A stretch of DNA of 64,000 bases from a virus: IMG/VR virus record IMGVR_UViG_3300023184_000038, positions 79,666 through 143,665 of that record. One strand, 5' to 3'. Below, piece by piece: positions 47,192 through 56,757 of this stretch. A program made the position numbers and the translations under genes. Under the pieces are notes generated by a model. It did not search any database, was not told where the DNA came from, and saw only the letters and a program-made list of their open reading frames with translations. How positions within the stretch are numbered: the stretch's first letter is position 1; each line of letters opens with the position of its first letter.

Positions 47192-47617
47192 TTATTTAGT
47201 AACTTTTTTAACCCTAGGTTGTTTGAGTGCTATAACATTAGAGGTTGTTGTTTTAGATGTTTTTGCCGGAGTTGCTGCAACTGCCGGTTTAACCACTTTA
47301 GTTTTAGCTTTAGCAATTTTCTTCTCTGAGGAATCAACTATACCGTCTTTATTCAAGTCTAACTTTTCTACCCAAACTGCTTTTTCTTCGGAAGAAACAA
47401 CCCCATCTTTATTTAAATCTCGGGTATCTTTAGTGTTTACCATTTCAGTAACAACTGGTTTAGTTTCTACAACTGCGGGAATAACGGGTTCTACTATTGG
47501 TGGTTCTATTTTATAAGGGACACTAAAATTCATATTAGATGTTTCTTCCTTCTTTTCTCTGAAGAAAAACCACCATACTAATACTGCTACCACCAAAACT
47601 GCTACAATAATTTCCAT
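47192..47617 (-). CDS. Membrane-anchored protein with two EF-hand-like loops
   Basis: N-terminal TM; DLNKDGVVSSEE and DLNKDGIVDSSE; basic tail. Confidence 0.65.
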   Translation of the reverse strand: MEIIVAVLVVAVLVWWFFFREKKEETSNMNFSVPYKIEPPIVEPVIPAVVETKPVVTEMVNTKDTRDLNKDGVVSSEEKAVWVEKLDLNKDGIVDSSEKKIAKAKTKVVKPAVAATPAKTSKTTTSNVIALKQPRVKKVTK

Positions 47618-47694
47618 TTTTAATCTCCTAAACATCTATTTAATATCGGGAAAAAGATTGTATTTTTTTTAATTTATGTGAGCATAAATAGAGT

Positions 47695-49215
47695 ATGCGT
47701 GATATACTTAATATTTTAGAAACACTAGTTACCGAGGGGTCTATTTTATCTGCCGGTGAAATTGCCAAATACCCTGCACGGTTTAATAAATTTATACAAA
47801 ATATAACAGATGGTAGACCTTTTTATACCACTGACGGGGAAGAAGTCATAATCAATCCAAATGAAGCTACTAGATTTTTAGAGTTACATAATGACCCAGA
47901 TGGGTCTAAATTTAAGGGCGCTCTTAAGGCAATAGTAGATGATGGTAGAGAATTGCCTCTTAGTAAATTTGTAAAAACTAAAGAATTTGGGGGTGAGGGT
48001 TTAACTGGCCAAGCCGGAGAAATTGCAGGCAAAGAATCTGCACAATTAAAACCAAAACAAATAGGCATTACCGGACAAAATATTCCGTCGTATGAATTCG
48101 GAAACATGATTGTAAATAATACCATATTACAAAGTACTCCGCAAGGACAGGCTGTTATTCAAATGGCATATAGTATTATGGCTGATGAAGATCCAGTAAT
48201 ACCCGAAGAATTTAGAACAAAAGATAATGTCAAAATTCTTAAAGCAATAGTTGATTATGCAGGCGAGTATTTGGGAGTATTAGCATTGTTGTATAATAAA
48301 ACTCGTTTTCCTAAAAAGCAAGACTTTTTAACTTGGTTGGGAGGCACGGTAGATGATTTTGTATTAAATTTTCCTGAGGATGAAAATAATAATTTAGCTG
48401 ATAGCTTTGCTGCGATATCAAATCCAACAACTAGCCATAGTATTAATATATCAAGTAAAGGTACAGGTGGGGGTGCCGCCCCGGCAATATCAGGCCTTAA
48501 AATTCCTGACCACATTAGAGATAATCCAAAATTAGCAGGTGCATTAGAATTTATTGATTTATGTAAGGAAGAAGGAACTATGTCAGTTGCCTTTAAGGGA
48601 ATGAATTTAGTACATAAATATGCTCCAAAAGCAATTCCAAAAGAATTTCGCAAATATTTACCATGGTCACAATCAGCTATGCAAGTGATTTTTAATAATT
48701 ATAAAACTTTTAAAAAACCCGGATATATTCCGTTACTAAAATATTATCCATTATGGGAAAACACAAGATTTACAAGTGATGCAAGTGATGCAGGTAAACT
48801 TACATATGTAGTTAATAAAGCAGTACTAACTGCTATGAATGAAAATAAAGCCATGCCTGAATTTGAACAGGCAATTATGGAAATTTTAGATATGAATTTT
48901 ATACAACAATATACTGATTATCAAGGAAATAAATCCGGTATTATTAAATTTTCAACACAATGGCCTGCTAAATTAGATGGTCATATAACAGTAGAAGCTA
49001 AAATGTCGGCAGGTAGTCCAACCTCAGGGGGATTTAGTTTTAAATTAAGTAGAACTACGGCAAAATCTGATTACGGAGATGAAGAGCAGGGATCCGAATC
49101 GGAAGACGATGTAGTTGGTGGAATGCCTTTGGGAGGGTTGTCTGCTGCTGCTTCAAATATCGTTAATCCATCAAATAAGAAAAAAGAAATCGGAACACGT
49201 ACTAAACGAAAATAG
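47695..49215 (+). CDS. Late protein, possible virion-packaged PD-(D/E)XK-like fold
   Basis: ATAAATA just upstream; MRDILNILE..VTE leader; YAGEYLG...LADSF...ISSKG. Confidence 0.45.
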   Translation: MRDILNILETLVTEGSILSAGEIAKYPARFNKFIQNITDGRPFYTTDGEEVIINPNEATRFLELHNDPDGSKFKGALKAIVDDGRELPLSKFVKTKEFGGEGLTGQAGEIAGKESAQLKPKQIGITGQNIPSYEFGNMIVNNTILQSTPQGQAVIQMAYSIMADEDPVIPEEFRTKDNVKILKAIVDYAGEYLGVLALLYNKTRFPKKQDFLTWLGGTVDDFVLNFPEDENNNLADSFAAISNPTTSHSINISSKGTGGGAAPAISGLKIPDHIRDNPKLAGALEFIDLCKEEGTMSVAFKGMNLVHKYAPKAIPKEFRKYLPWSQSAMQVIFNNYKTFKKPGYIPLLKYYPLWENTRFTSDASDAGKLTYVVNKAVLTAMNENKAMPEFEQAIMEILDMNFIQQYTDYQGNKSGIIKFSTQWPAKLDGHITVEAKMSAGSPTSGGFSFKLSRTTAKSDYGDEEQGSESEDDVVGGMPLGGLSAAASNIVNPSNKKKEIGTRTKRK

Positions 49216-49224
49216 GAGAAAAGT

Positions 49225-49956
49225 GTGGCAATACGTAGAGCAAAATTTGATTGGTCATCAATAACTCGCTACGAACTTGTAAACTACTTTTGGTCTCTTT
49301 CACCAAAAATAACAAATATACCGTTATCAACTACAAAATTTCATAGTATATTAAGAAATCATATTCAAAAATCTTTTCCAATTAAAATCAAAAAACTTAA
49401 AGACAATAAAGTTAATACTGATTTAGTTTGGATTGGAGGAACTTATTATAGTGATTTGGATAAAACTAAAAAAAATTCAATTGAATTAGTCATTGTATAT
49501 AATACTTTAGATAAAATTAATATTCCGGCAAGACGATATCATCGTACTTGTATTGGTTTAGCAAACACAGTGATGCATGAATTAATTCATATGCGTCAAT
49601 ATCGCCGTAGAAAATTTAAAGTTCTTCCCGATTATGCCAGCAATGCTGATAAAACAGAACAACGTGAAGAACAATCTTATTTGGGAAACAGTGATGAAAT
49701 AGATGCATATAGTTATAACATAGCATGTGAATTAATGGATAAATTTAAATACGATACTGCTAAAGTTGTAAATTATTTAAACGAAGATCAAAAAAAAACA
49801 CAAAGAAAACATAATAGTTGGAGAATGTATCTTAAGGCATTTAATCATGACCATGAACATGTTATTATTAAACGAGTTAAAAAGAAAGTGGTTCGTTATC
49901 TTCCATATGCTGTATCCGGTAAACCCTATAAAAACAAAGATTGGATTAGTATATAA
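49225..49956 (+). CDS. HExxH zinc-metallopeptidase-like protein
   Basis: HELIHMRQ ... YLGNSDEIDAY. Confidence 0.6.
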   Translation: MAIRRAKFDWSSITRYELVNYFWSLSPKITNIPLSTTKFHSILRNHIQKSFPIKIKKLKDNKVNTDLVWIGGTYYSDLDKTKKNSIELVIVYNTLDKINIPARRYHRTCIGLANTVMHELIHMRQYRRRKFKVLPDYASNADKTEQREEQSYLGNSDEIDAYSYNIACELMDKFKYDTAKVVNYLNEDQKKTQRKHNSWRMYLKAFNHDHEHVIIKRVKKKVVRYLPYAVSGKPYKNKDWISI

Positions 49957-49966
49957 CCAAAATCGT

Positions 49967-49995
49967 TTGACTTCTAATTGAGATTGCTGTAAAAT
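49967..49995 (+). promoter_or_regulatory. sigma70 promoter for clpP
   Basis: TTGACT-17bp-TAAAAT. Confidence 0.6.
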
Positions 49996-50018
49996 AAGAC
50001 TTTATTTAAAGGAATCTT

Positions 50019-50606
50019 ATGTCACTAGTCCCAATGGTGTTAGAACAAACAAGCAAAGGTGAGCGTAGTTACGATATCTACAGCCGCATGTTGCGTGACC
50101 GTGTTATTTTGCTTGAAGGTGAAGTACATGATCAAATGGCAAATCTAGTTGTTGCCCAATTACTTTACTTAGAAAGTGAAGGAGATAAAGATATCTCTAT
50201 CTATATTAATAGTCCCGGAGGTAGTGTAACTGCTGGTATGGCAATTTATGACTGTATTCAATTTATCAAACCTGATGTTATGACTATTGTTATGGGTCAA
50301 GCATGTAGTATGGGTAGTTTACTTGCACAAGCCGGTGCTAAGGGTAAGCGTTATATGTTGCCCAATGCTCGGCACATGATTCATCAGCCTAGTGGCGGCG
50401 CACGTGGTCAAGCTACTGACATGGAAATTCAAGTAAAAGAAATTCTAGCAATGAAAAAGAGTCTTACTCAAATTTATGTTGACCACAATAGTATTGGTAA
50501 AACATATGATGAGTTATCTAAGGATATGGAACGTGATTTCTTTATGAGTGCTACCGAAGCAGTAGCATATGGATTAGCAGATTCTGTACTGAAAAAGCGC
50601 CCATAA
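50019..50606 (+). CDS. clpP: Clp protease proteolytic subunit
   Basis: YDIYSR, INSPGG, ACSMGS, MIHQP, ERDFFM. Confidence 0.97.
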   Translation: MSLVPMVLEQTSKGERSYDIYSRMLRDRVILLEGEVHDQMANLVVAQLLYLESEGDKDISIYINSPGGSVTAGMAIYDCIQFIKPDVMTIVMGQACSMGSLLAQAGAKGKRYMLPNARHMIHQPSGGARGQATDMEIQVKEILAMKKSLTQIYVDHNSIGKTYDELSKDMERDFFMSATEAVAYGLADSVLKKRP

Positions 50607-51649
50607 TGGATTGCGCTAGACTTGAGCATTTTGCCAAACTTAGTCCGCCATGGCGCGGATTTGCTTCAACTGCTGTAATTAGTGGATGTTGTGTTATGGT
50701 CAGTCCCCCGTTTTTTTCTAGTTATAGTGAAATGATAAGCAGTCAATGGTTAAAAAATATAAAAGATTCATTTAAAGAAAATAAATTTCCGCGTGAATGT
50801 ATTCGATGCCAACAAAAAGAAGAAATTAATATATGCAGCGATAGGATGCTTTATAATGAAGATATGAAAAGGCAAACTAATACTGACTATCTAACTGTAG
50901 ATTTAATGTTAGATAATATTTGTAATACGGCATGCCAATTTTGTAGTCCAGCTGTTAGCACTAAAATAGGTTCACTTGTATCTTCTAATTATGAAATAAA
51001 AAATGTTTCTCCGTATTTTAATGATAAAGTATTGCCCATTGACAGAATAACTAGATTAGACTTCACTGGCGGGGAACCAAGTAATAGTAAAAATATAAAA
51101 AAAGTATTAAAAAGTTTGCCACCTAATGTAAAATCAATTAGAGTCAATACTAATTGTACTTCATTTATGGATGAGTTAATTCCTACAGCTGAAACAGGTA
51201 TCTCTATTAACATTACTATAAGTTTGGATGGAGTAGGAAAGGTACAAGAATATATGAGATGGCCCACCAATTGGAACATTTTTTATGATGTTTTAGAAAA
51301 ATATAAAAAATTTGCAAGTAATTATAGTTCAGTTAATATCCATTTATATACCACACTTACTGCATTAAATGTTTATGATTTTGATAATATTATAAACTTT
51401 GCAAAAGAACATAGTATTGGTCATAGTTTTAATAATATAGCTGTACCCAAAGCCTTGTTGATAACCACTGTAAATTCATTTACTTTAGCAGCTAAACAAA
51501 AATTTGCTAAAGAAGAAAATCCAATTTTGAATTCTTTTTCTAAACTAATTGCTAGTGGAAATAACAATCAACTTGAGTTTGATATGTTTGTTAAGGACCA
51601 AGATTTTTTAAGAAAAATCAATATAAGAGACTACATAACTTACGGTTGA
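50606..51649 (+). CDS. Radical SAM protein
   Basis: CNTACQFC, FTGGEP, ISLDG; N-terminal GCC..CIRC. Confidence 0.85.
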   Translation: MDCARLEHFAKLSPPWRGFASTAVISGCCVMVSPPFFSSYSEMISSQWLKNIKDSFKENKFPRECIRCQQKEEINICSDRMLYNEDMKRQTNTDYLTVDLMLDNICNTACQFCSPAVSTKIGSLVSSNYEIKNVSPYFNDKVLPIDRITRLDFTGGEPSNSKNIKKVLKSLPPNVKSIRVNTNCTSFMDELIPTAETGISINITISLDGVGKVQEYMRWPTNWNIFYDVLEKYKKFASNYSSVNIHLYTTLTALNVYDFDNIINFAKEHSIGHSFNNIAVPKALLITTVNSFTLAAKQKFAKEENPILNSFSKLIASGNNNQLEFDMFVKDQDFLRKINIRDYITYG

Positions 51650-51708
51650 CATTAAATGGTTTTGGTGATATAATAGACTCTTAAACAGTTAATCACTAGG
51701 AGTTAATT

Positions 51709-51966
51709 ATGAAAGCATTGCAAGCATACATTGACCAAAAGAATCGTTGGAATTCGTTGTTCAAAGGTCCACAGTTTGAAATTAAAACTGCACAAGGTCG
51801 TCAGGAAGTTGCTAACAGTTTAGACGCTGCCCTCAGCCCTGAAAATCTCTCTTGCGACGGTGAACTGCCACGCAGTCAGGTTCAGGCTAAGTATCGTCAA
51901 TTGTCACAAGTTGTAAAAGAACTCCAAAAACTGGATTCTACAGTGAAATTTTGCGAGTTTGCTTAA
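51709..51966 (+). CDS. Cassette hypothetical protein
   Basis: LSPENLSCDGE motif; AGGAG RBS. Confidence 0.75.
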   Translation: MKALQAYIDQKNRWNSLFKGPQFEIKTAQGRQEVANSLDAALSPENLSCDGELPRSQVQAKYRQLSQVVKELQKLDSTVKFCEFA

Positions 51967-52039
51967 GGCCTAGAGGCTTGACATTAAATGGTGTTTGTGA
52001 TATAATAGACACTTAGACAGTAAACAAACGGAGTCTTTT

Positions 52040-52378
52040 ATGATGATTGAAACAGAAACTAATCACAAGTCTGCAGGTCAATTTGCTTGGTTCGCTGAAC
52101 GTGACGCTAGAATGCGTAGTGCAGTTAATCGTTATTTGTTTACTCAGCTACAACAACTTCGGGCTGAACAAGTGAAATTGGGACTAGAAATGGTTTATAG
52201 TGCTGCTAGAGTTTACATTGAATTTCGTAAAACATTTATCAGTGTTAAAGTAGATCATCCCACAGTGCGAGATCGTAAGAACCTAGCAATGCTAGAAACT
52301 TGCTACAAAACCGAAAATTTTGAAAAAGGCAAAACAGCACAGGGAATTACCTATCGTCTGTTTCGTAAACGTAAATAG
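52040..52378 (+). CDS. Cassette hypothetical protein
   Basis: Between repeats. Confidence 0.7.
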   Translation: MMIETETNHKSAGQFAWFAERDARMRSAVNRYLFTQLQQLRAEQVKLGLEMVYSAARVYIEFRKTFISVKVDHPTVRDRKNLAMLETCYKTENFEKGKTAQGITYRLFRKRK

Positions 52379-52403
52379 ACTTGACATTAAAAACAAAACG
52401 AAA

Positions 52404-52568
52404 ATGTCTTATATTCAACAAGCAATCCGCGAATGGGTTTGGATCGTAGGCGCAGAACGGCAGGATCAGCAATGGCTCCTGACAGACTACGATACATGGG
52501 AACCCAATCCGCACTATCACGGTCCTGATCAGGGTCATCCCGAGGATTACTACGATTATGCAGCTTGA
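52404..52568 (+). CDS. Cassette hypothetical protein (54 aa)
   Basis: WLLTDYDTWEPNPHYHGP..HPE; stop inside next TTGACA. Confidence 0.7.
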   Translation: MSYIQQAIREWVWIVGAERQDQQWLLTDYDTWEPNPHYHGPDQGHPEDYYDYAA

Positions 52569-52626
52569 CATTAAATGGTTTTGGTGATATAATAGACACT
52601 TAGACAGTTACTTAAAGGACTAAAAA

Positions 52627-52899
52627 ATGCGTACAAAAACTATCATTGACGGCTTGAAAAATTCTCAGAAATTCCGTGTAATTTTCAAGGGTGATGGCAG
52701 TGAAAACGACATTGGCATGTATATGTCTATCCAGCAAATGACTGAAATGTTTGCTACAGTTAATGCCCGAGTATTGTGCTGGGACGCACTTTTGCAATTG
52801 GGTCGTATGCGGTATTTTGCTCAAAAAGACGGCAATCCTGTTCCGTCAGGTCTTGGCACTACTATCCGCGGTAAACAAATTCAAGTTGATCTTGTTTAA
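52627..52899 (+). CDS. Cassette hypothetical protein
   Basis: Between repeats. Confidence 0.7.
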   Translation: MRTKTIIDGLKNSQKFRVIFKGDGSENDIGMYMSIQQMTEMFATVNARVLCWDALLQLGRMRYFAQKDGNPVPSGLGTTIRGKQIQVDLV

Positions 52900-52964
52900 G
52901 GTTGACATTAAATGGTTTTGGGTGTATAATACATACTTAGACAGTTAACAAACAGGAGTAAGTT

Positions 52965-53204
52965 ATGCAAGTTTACCAACTTATTGAGCAATTAGAGTAC
53001 TTGGATCCTAATGCTGAAGTCCACTTCTCTTACAACTACGGCGATCACTGGCACACCCAAGTTGCTCCAACTGTGGACCAAGTGTCTACGGGTGTGGTAA
53101 AGTACAGTGCCTACCACAGCATGGACAAGCTGATGGACGAAAACGAAATGTACGAAGATGAGGGCGACTTTGAAGGTACTCGCCGTGTGGTAGTAATCGG
53201 TTGA
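52965..53204 (+). CDS. Cassette hypothetical acidic protein
   Basis: Between repeats; stop inside next TTGACA. Confidence 0.75.
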   Translation: MQVYQLIEQLEYLDPNAEVHFSYNYGDHWHTQVAPTVDQVSTGVVKYSAYHSMDKLMDENEMYEDEGDFEGTRRVVVIG

Positions 53205-53263
53205 CATTAAATGGTTTTGGTGATATAATAGAATCTTAAACAGTTAATTACAGGAGTTAGAAA

Positions 53264-53731
53264 ATGGGTACACGTTCACGAATTGGTGTCATGCATGGTG
53301 ACAAACTGAAAAGCGTTTACTGTCATTGGGATGGTTATCTACAACACAATGGTCTCATCCTGCAAAATCATTATGATAGTGCTAAGGCAAATCATTTGGT
53401 TTCGCTCGGTTACATATCTAGTCTAAGAGAAGAAATTGGTGTAGAACATCCCTTCAGTCAGTTTGATGTTACCCCAAACTTGTCTCAAGCCGAGTACTAC
53501 GAAAAGTACGACAAGATGACTACCTTCTATGGTCGTGATCGTAAAGAAACTGATACAGATTTTACTGTGGATCAAACGTTTGAAGAATTTTTGAGCAAGG
53601 ATTACGATTACGAATACTATTACATCATGCGTGATGGTGTGTGGTATGTTGGTGTTGCATATGCAACTGACAACATGGTCCCAGGACAACTGTATGTCTT
53701 GTCTGAAAAATTGACTATGGTAGAGGCATAA
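53264..53731 (+). CDS. Conserved phage protein (MGTRS...YCHWDGY family)
   Basis: After last repeat; CAGGAG RBS. Confidence 0.75.
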   Translation: MGTRSRIGVMHGDKLKSVYCHWDGYLQHNGLILQNHYDSAKANHLVSLGYISSLREEIGVEHPFSQFDVTPNLSQAEYYEKYDKMTTFYGRDRKETDTDFTVDQTFEEFLSKDYDYEYYYIMRDGVWYVGVAYATDNMVPGQLYVLSEKLTMVEA

Positions 53732-53732
53732 T

Positions 53733-53939
53733 ATGAACGAACGAATTACACTACTTGCTCTCAAAGCATCAAACCCAAAGACTGGTTGGCTTGACCGTCA
53801 GAAGTTCGCCGAGTTGATTGTGCGGGAATGTAAAGAGAACTTTGCTAAAGTTTGGTATGAACAAGGTTTGGATATTCGTGGTGCAGAACTAGGTAGGTTT
53901 ATGACACGGTTTGAACAACATTTCGGAGTGAAAGAATGA
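53733..53939 (+). CDS. MNERI..KFAELIV..HFGV family micro-protein, copy 1
   Basis: Three conserved blocks shared with the next two ORFs. Confidence 0.75.
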   Translation: MNERITLLALKASNPKTGWLDRQKFAELIVRECKENFAKVWYEQGLDIRGAELGRFMTRFEQHFGVKE

Positions 53940-54124
53940 ACGAACGAATTAAAGAAATAATGTTTCAGTCTGGATTGGGCTATATGAGCAGTGCCCATCC
54001 AATTCTTGTAGAAAAGTTCGCCGAGTTGATTGTCAGGGAATGTATGTGTATTTCTGATAGTATCGGTGAGCATGGGTATATCGCTGCTGAAGAAATGGGA
54101 AAACATTTCGGAGTTGAAGAATGA
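53936..54124 (+). CDS. MNERI family micro-protein, copy 2
   Basis: ATGA-coupled paralog. Confidence 0.75.
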   Translation: MNERIKEIMFQSGLGYMSSAHPILVEKFAELIVRECMCISDSIGEHGYIAAEEMGKHFGVEE

Positions 54125-54354
54125 ACGAACGAATCATAGAACTGGCTGAACAGGCCGGCTTTGAAAATGGACACCAAGATCGCTATGGAAATTCATTGTC
54201 ACAAGAATTAGAAAAGTTCGCCGAGTTGATTGTGAGGCAATGCGTCTTGGAAATCAAGATGACGATGGTGCGTGACGGATATGATACCAAGCATTACCTA
54301 CAATCTCTAAAACACATTGACCATATTTGTAAACATTTCGGAGTTGAAGAATGA
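54121..54354 (+). CDS. MNERI family micro-protein, copy 3
   Basis: ATGA-coupled paralog. Confidence 0.75.
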   Translation: MNERIIELAEQAGFENGHQDRYGNSLSQELEKFAELIVRQCVLEIKMTMVRDGYDTKHYLQSLKHIDHICKHFGVEE

Positions 54355-54551
54355 AATTGCCGATCAGTCCAGGCTGGTGGATGGTTTATGTTAGTGGCAT
54401 ATATTTTATTGCAGGAATGTTAAATATATTTGTTTACCGCGTTTGCGAACCAGAGTTGATACAATTGACATATTGTGTTATACTGAGTCTCCCGCTGTTC
54501 ATACCACCGTTGAGTCGGTTGGTCGGTGTCAAACTTTTATTTCGGAGTTGA
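54351..54551 (+). CDS. Small two-TM membrane protein
   Basis: Two hydrophobic segments; flanked by TTTCGGAGTTGAAGAAT repeats. Confidence 0.6.
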   Translation: MKLPISPGWWMVYVSGIYFIAGMLNIFVYRVCEPELIQLTYCVILSLPLFIPPLSRLVGVKLLFRS

Positions 54552-54557
54552 AGAATA

Positions 54558-54893
54558 ATGGAAGCAGTAGTAGAAACAACACAATGGTCGGGGGATGTTC
54601 AGCCCAATCATAAATACTTGCTTGATGGTGCTAAGGTTCTTGCATATATCAAGCAAGGTTCTACTACACCTTTCTATTTCAAAAATCCGATCACAATTGA
54701 CAAGCGTGGTCGCAAATTTGTACCACTCAAGAGTAATCCTTTCAAGGTAAAAGAAAAGGCTACAGTTATCAAAGTGTCCGGTAGCAAAGGTCAGGTCTAC
54801 TCAATTGATACAGAAAATAAAACCTGTGATTGTATGGGATTTCAGTTTAGGGCAACTTGTAAACATTTACAATTAATAAACAATGCACAATGA
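54558..54893 (+). CDS. SWIM zinc-finger protein
   Basis: CDCMGFQFRATCKH. Confidence 0.75.
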   Translation: MEAVVETTQWSGDVQPNHKYLLDGAKVLAYIKQGSTTPFYFKNPITIDKRGRKFVPLKSNPFKVKEKATVIKVSGSKGQVYSIDTENKTCDCMGFQFRATCKHLQLINNAQ

Positions 54894-55068
54894 ATTTAAT
54901 ACCTGGTTAACAGAAAATGATATCCTACGGATTTGGAATGTGATTCAAGGAATCTTGCCAAATATCGCAACATCTATAGACGAAATAAATGAATTCAACA
55001 GACTAGTAAATCATGTTGCAATGATTAAAAGTGGCGGCAATGGATATCTCACTGCCACTTTACAATAA
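54883..55068 (+). CDS. Hypothetical protein
   Basis: ORF. Confidence 0.5.
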   Translation: MHNEFNTWLTENDILRIWNVIQGILPNIATSIDEINEFNRLVNHVAMIKSGGNGYLTATLQ

Positions 55069-55092
55069 ATAGTAATTTAAAAGGAAACACTT

Positions 55093-55767
55093 ATGTATGC
55101 AAATTATGACTATCGGGAAGCGGCTGAAATTAATTCCGCAATGGGACGAGTATACGGTCATATGAGTTTGGCAGTACTAACCTCTATGCTTATCAGTTGG
55201 TTTGTGGGCTCTAGTCCAGAACTACTACAATTCTTTTTTACCGGTATCCTTAAATGGATTGTAATTTTTGCTCCATTGGTGGCAATATTTGTCATTGGAT
55301 TCTTAATGGACAAAGTAGGTAAGCAAGGAGCACAGATGATGCTACACGGATTTGCTGCATTGATGGGATTGAGTTTTGCAACAACCTTTGCAGTTTACAC
55401 AATGGGATCAATTGTAAATGCATTTATGGGTGCAGCAGTGCTGTTTGGGGTACTCAGTGGATATGGATATTTTACCAAACGCAGTTTAGATAGTATTGGT
55501 AAATGGATGTTTGTGGGATTGATTACCATTATAATTGCTAGTATAATAAATGTATTCATCGGCAGTAGTGTAGGACAAATGGTAATTAGTGCATTGGCAA
55601 TTGTTATATTTCTTGGACTAACTGCATATGACACACAAAAGATTCGTGAAGAATTAAGTTTTGACACCAATGGTGTTGCTGAAGTTAAAGGTGCATTAAC
55701 TTTATATCTTGACTTCATTAATATTTTTATTAACTTGTTACAATTGTTTGGTGGTAAAAAAGATTGA
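55093..55767 (+). CDS. Bax inhibitor-1/YccA family membrane protein
   Basis: 7 TM; GLTAYDTQKI, GALTLYLDFINIF. Confidence 0.92.
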   Translation: MYANYDYREAAEINSAMGRVYGHMSLAVLTSMLISWFVGSSPELLQFFFTGILKWIVIFAPLVAIFVIGFLMDKVGKQGAQMMLHGFAALMGLSFATTFAVYTMGSIVNAFMGAAVLFGVLSGYGYFTKRSLDSIGKWMFVGLITIIIASIINVFIGSSVGQMVISALAIVIFLGLTAYDTQKIREELSFDTNGVAEVKGALTLYLDFINIFINLLQLFGGKKD

Positions 55768-55792
55768 CATTATATCTAATATGTGTTAAAAT
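55764..55792 (+). promoter_or_regulatory. sigma70 promoter
   Basis: TTGACA-17bp-TAAAAT; overlaps upstream TGA stop. Confidence 0.7.
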
Positions 55793-55813
55793 AGCATTTT
55801 ATCGGAAATAATT

Positions 55814-56659
55814 ATGACTAAGTTAGCGATTTGCTCGGACATCCATTTAGAATTCGCAGACATTAACCTTCAAAATACAGAGAAGGCTGATGTTTTGATA
55901 CTAGCCGGCGATATTATGATCGCACAGGATCTCCACGACTTTCCAGAGCAAAATGTTAGAACTGCCGCTATGCTTGAAATGCTTAGTACCAGACAGGAAA
56001 AGGTGCAACGGTTCCGTGACTTTATGAAACGTTGTAGTTTTCAATTTCCAAAAGTAATTTACATTATGGGTAATCATGAATTTTACCATGGTAAGTTCCA
56101 TGCGTCTATTGATTACATGCGTGAAGAATGCTCAAAATATAGTAATTTTCATTTTTTAGAAAATGATACAGTAAAAATTAATGATATTACTTTTATAGGA
56201 AGCACTCTTTGGACTGACTGTAATAATAATGATCCATTAACTATACAATCATTACGGGGTATGATGAATGACTTTCGAGTCATTAGAAATGACCACGCTG
56301 AGTATCGTAGCCTTAGACCAGAAGATATTATAGTTAGACATAGGAAAAGTATGTCTTATATTACTGATACATTGGCTTCCTTAACAGATAGCAAAATTGT
56401 AATGGTTGGACATCATGCCCCAACAAGTCAAAGTATTGCAGATGAGTATAAAAAAGATTTTCTAATGAACGGCGGATATGCTAGTAACTTAAGTGAATTT
56501 ATTTTAAATCACCCTGAAATTGTTCTATGGATACATGGACATATGCATTTACCTTCTGACTACCTAGTGGGAACTACCCGGGTAGTAGCAAATCCTCGCG
56601 GATACGCGGGGCATGAAGAGCAAGCAGATAAGTTTCAATTAAAGTTTTTGGACATATAA
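55814..56659 (+). CDS. Calcineurin-like metallophosphoesterase
   Basis: SDIH, AGD, GNHE, GHHAP, HGHMH, NPRGY. Confidence 0.92.
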   Translation: MTKLAICSDIHLEFADINLQNTEKADVLILAGDIMIAQDLHDFPEQNVRTAAMLEMLSTRQEKVQRFRDFMKRCSFQFPKVIYIMGNHEFYHGKFHASIDYMREECSKYSNFHFLENDTVKINDITFIGSTLWTDCNNNDPLTIQSLRGMMNDFRVIRNDHAEYRSLRPEDIIVRHRKSMSYITDTLASLTDSKIVMVGHHAPTSQSIADEYKKDFLMNGGYASNLSEFILNHPEIVLWIHGHMHLPSDYLVGTTRVVANPRGYAGHEEQADKFQLKFLDI

Positions 56660-56757
56660 CGAAAGTTAAATACCCGTAATCTGTTGTATATACTTATATT
56701 ATGTAATATAATACTATCACGTTGTTAGTCACAACGAATTTTTAGAAGGAAATTAAA

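Larger units (their letters stand above)
51644..53260 (+). repeat. Early-promoter cassette repeat array 2 (5 full + 1 truncated copy)
   Basis: -35 boxes at 51646, 51978, 52381 (truncated), 52565, 52902, 53201; same consensus as array 1. Confidence 0.93.

Noticed and set aside
33560-53260. Regularly spaced repeats as a CRISPR array
   Set aside because: Spacers are ~180-400 bp and each holds an ORF; repeats are consensus sigma70 promoters; no cas genes seen
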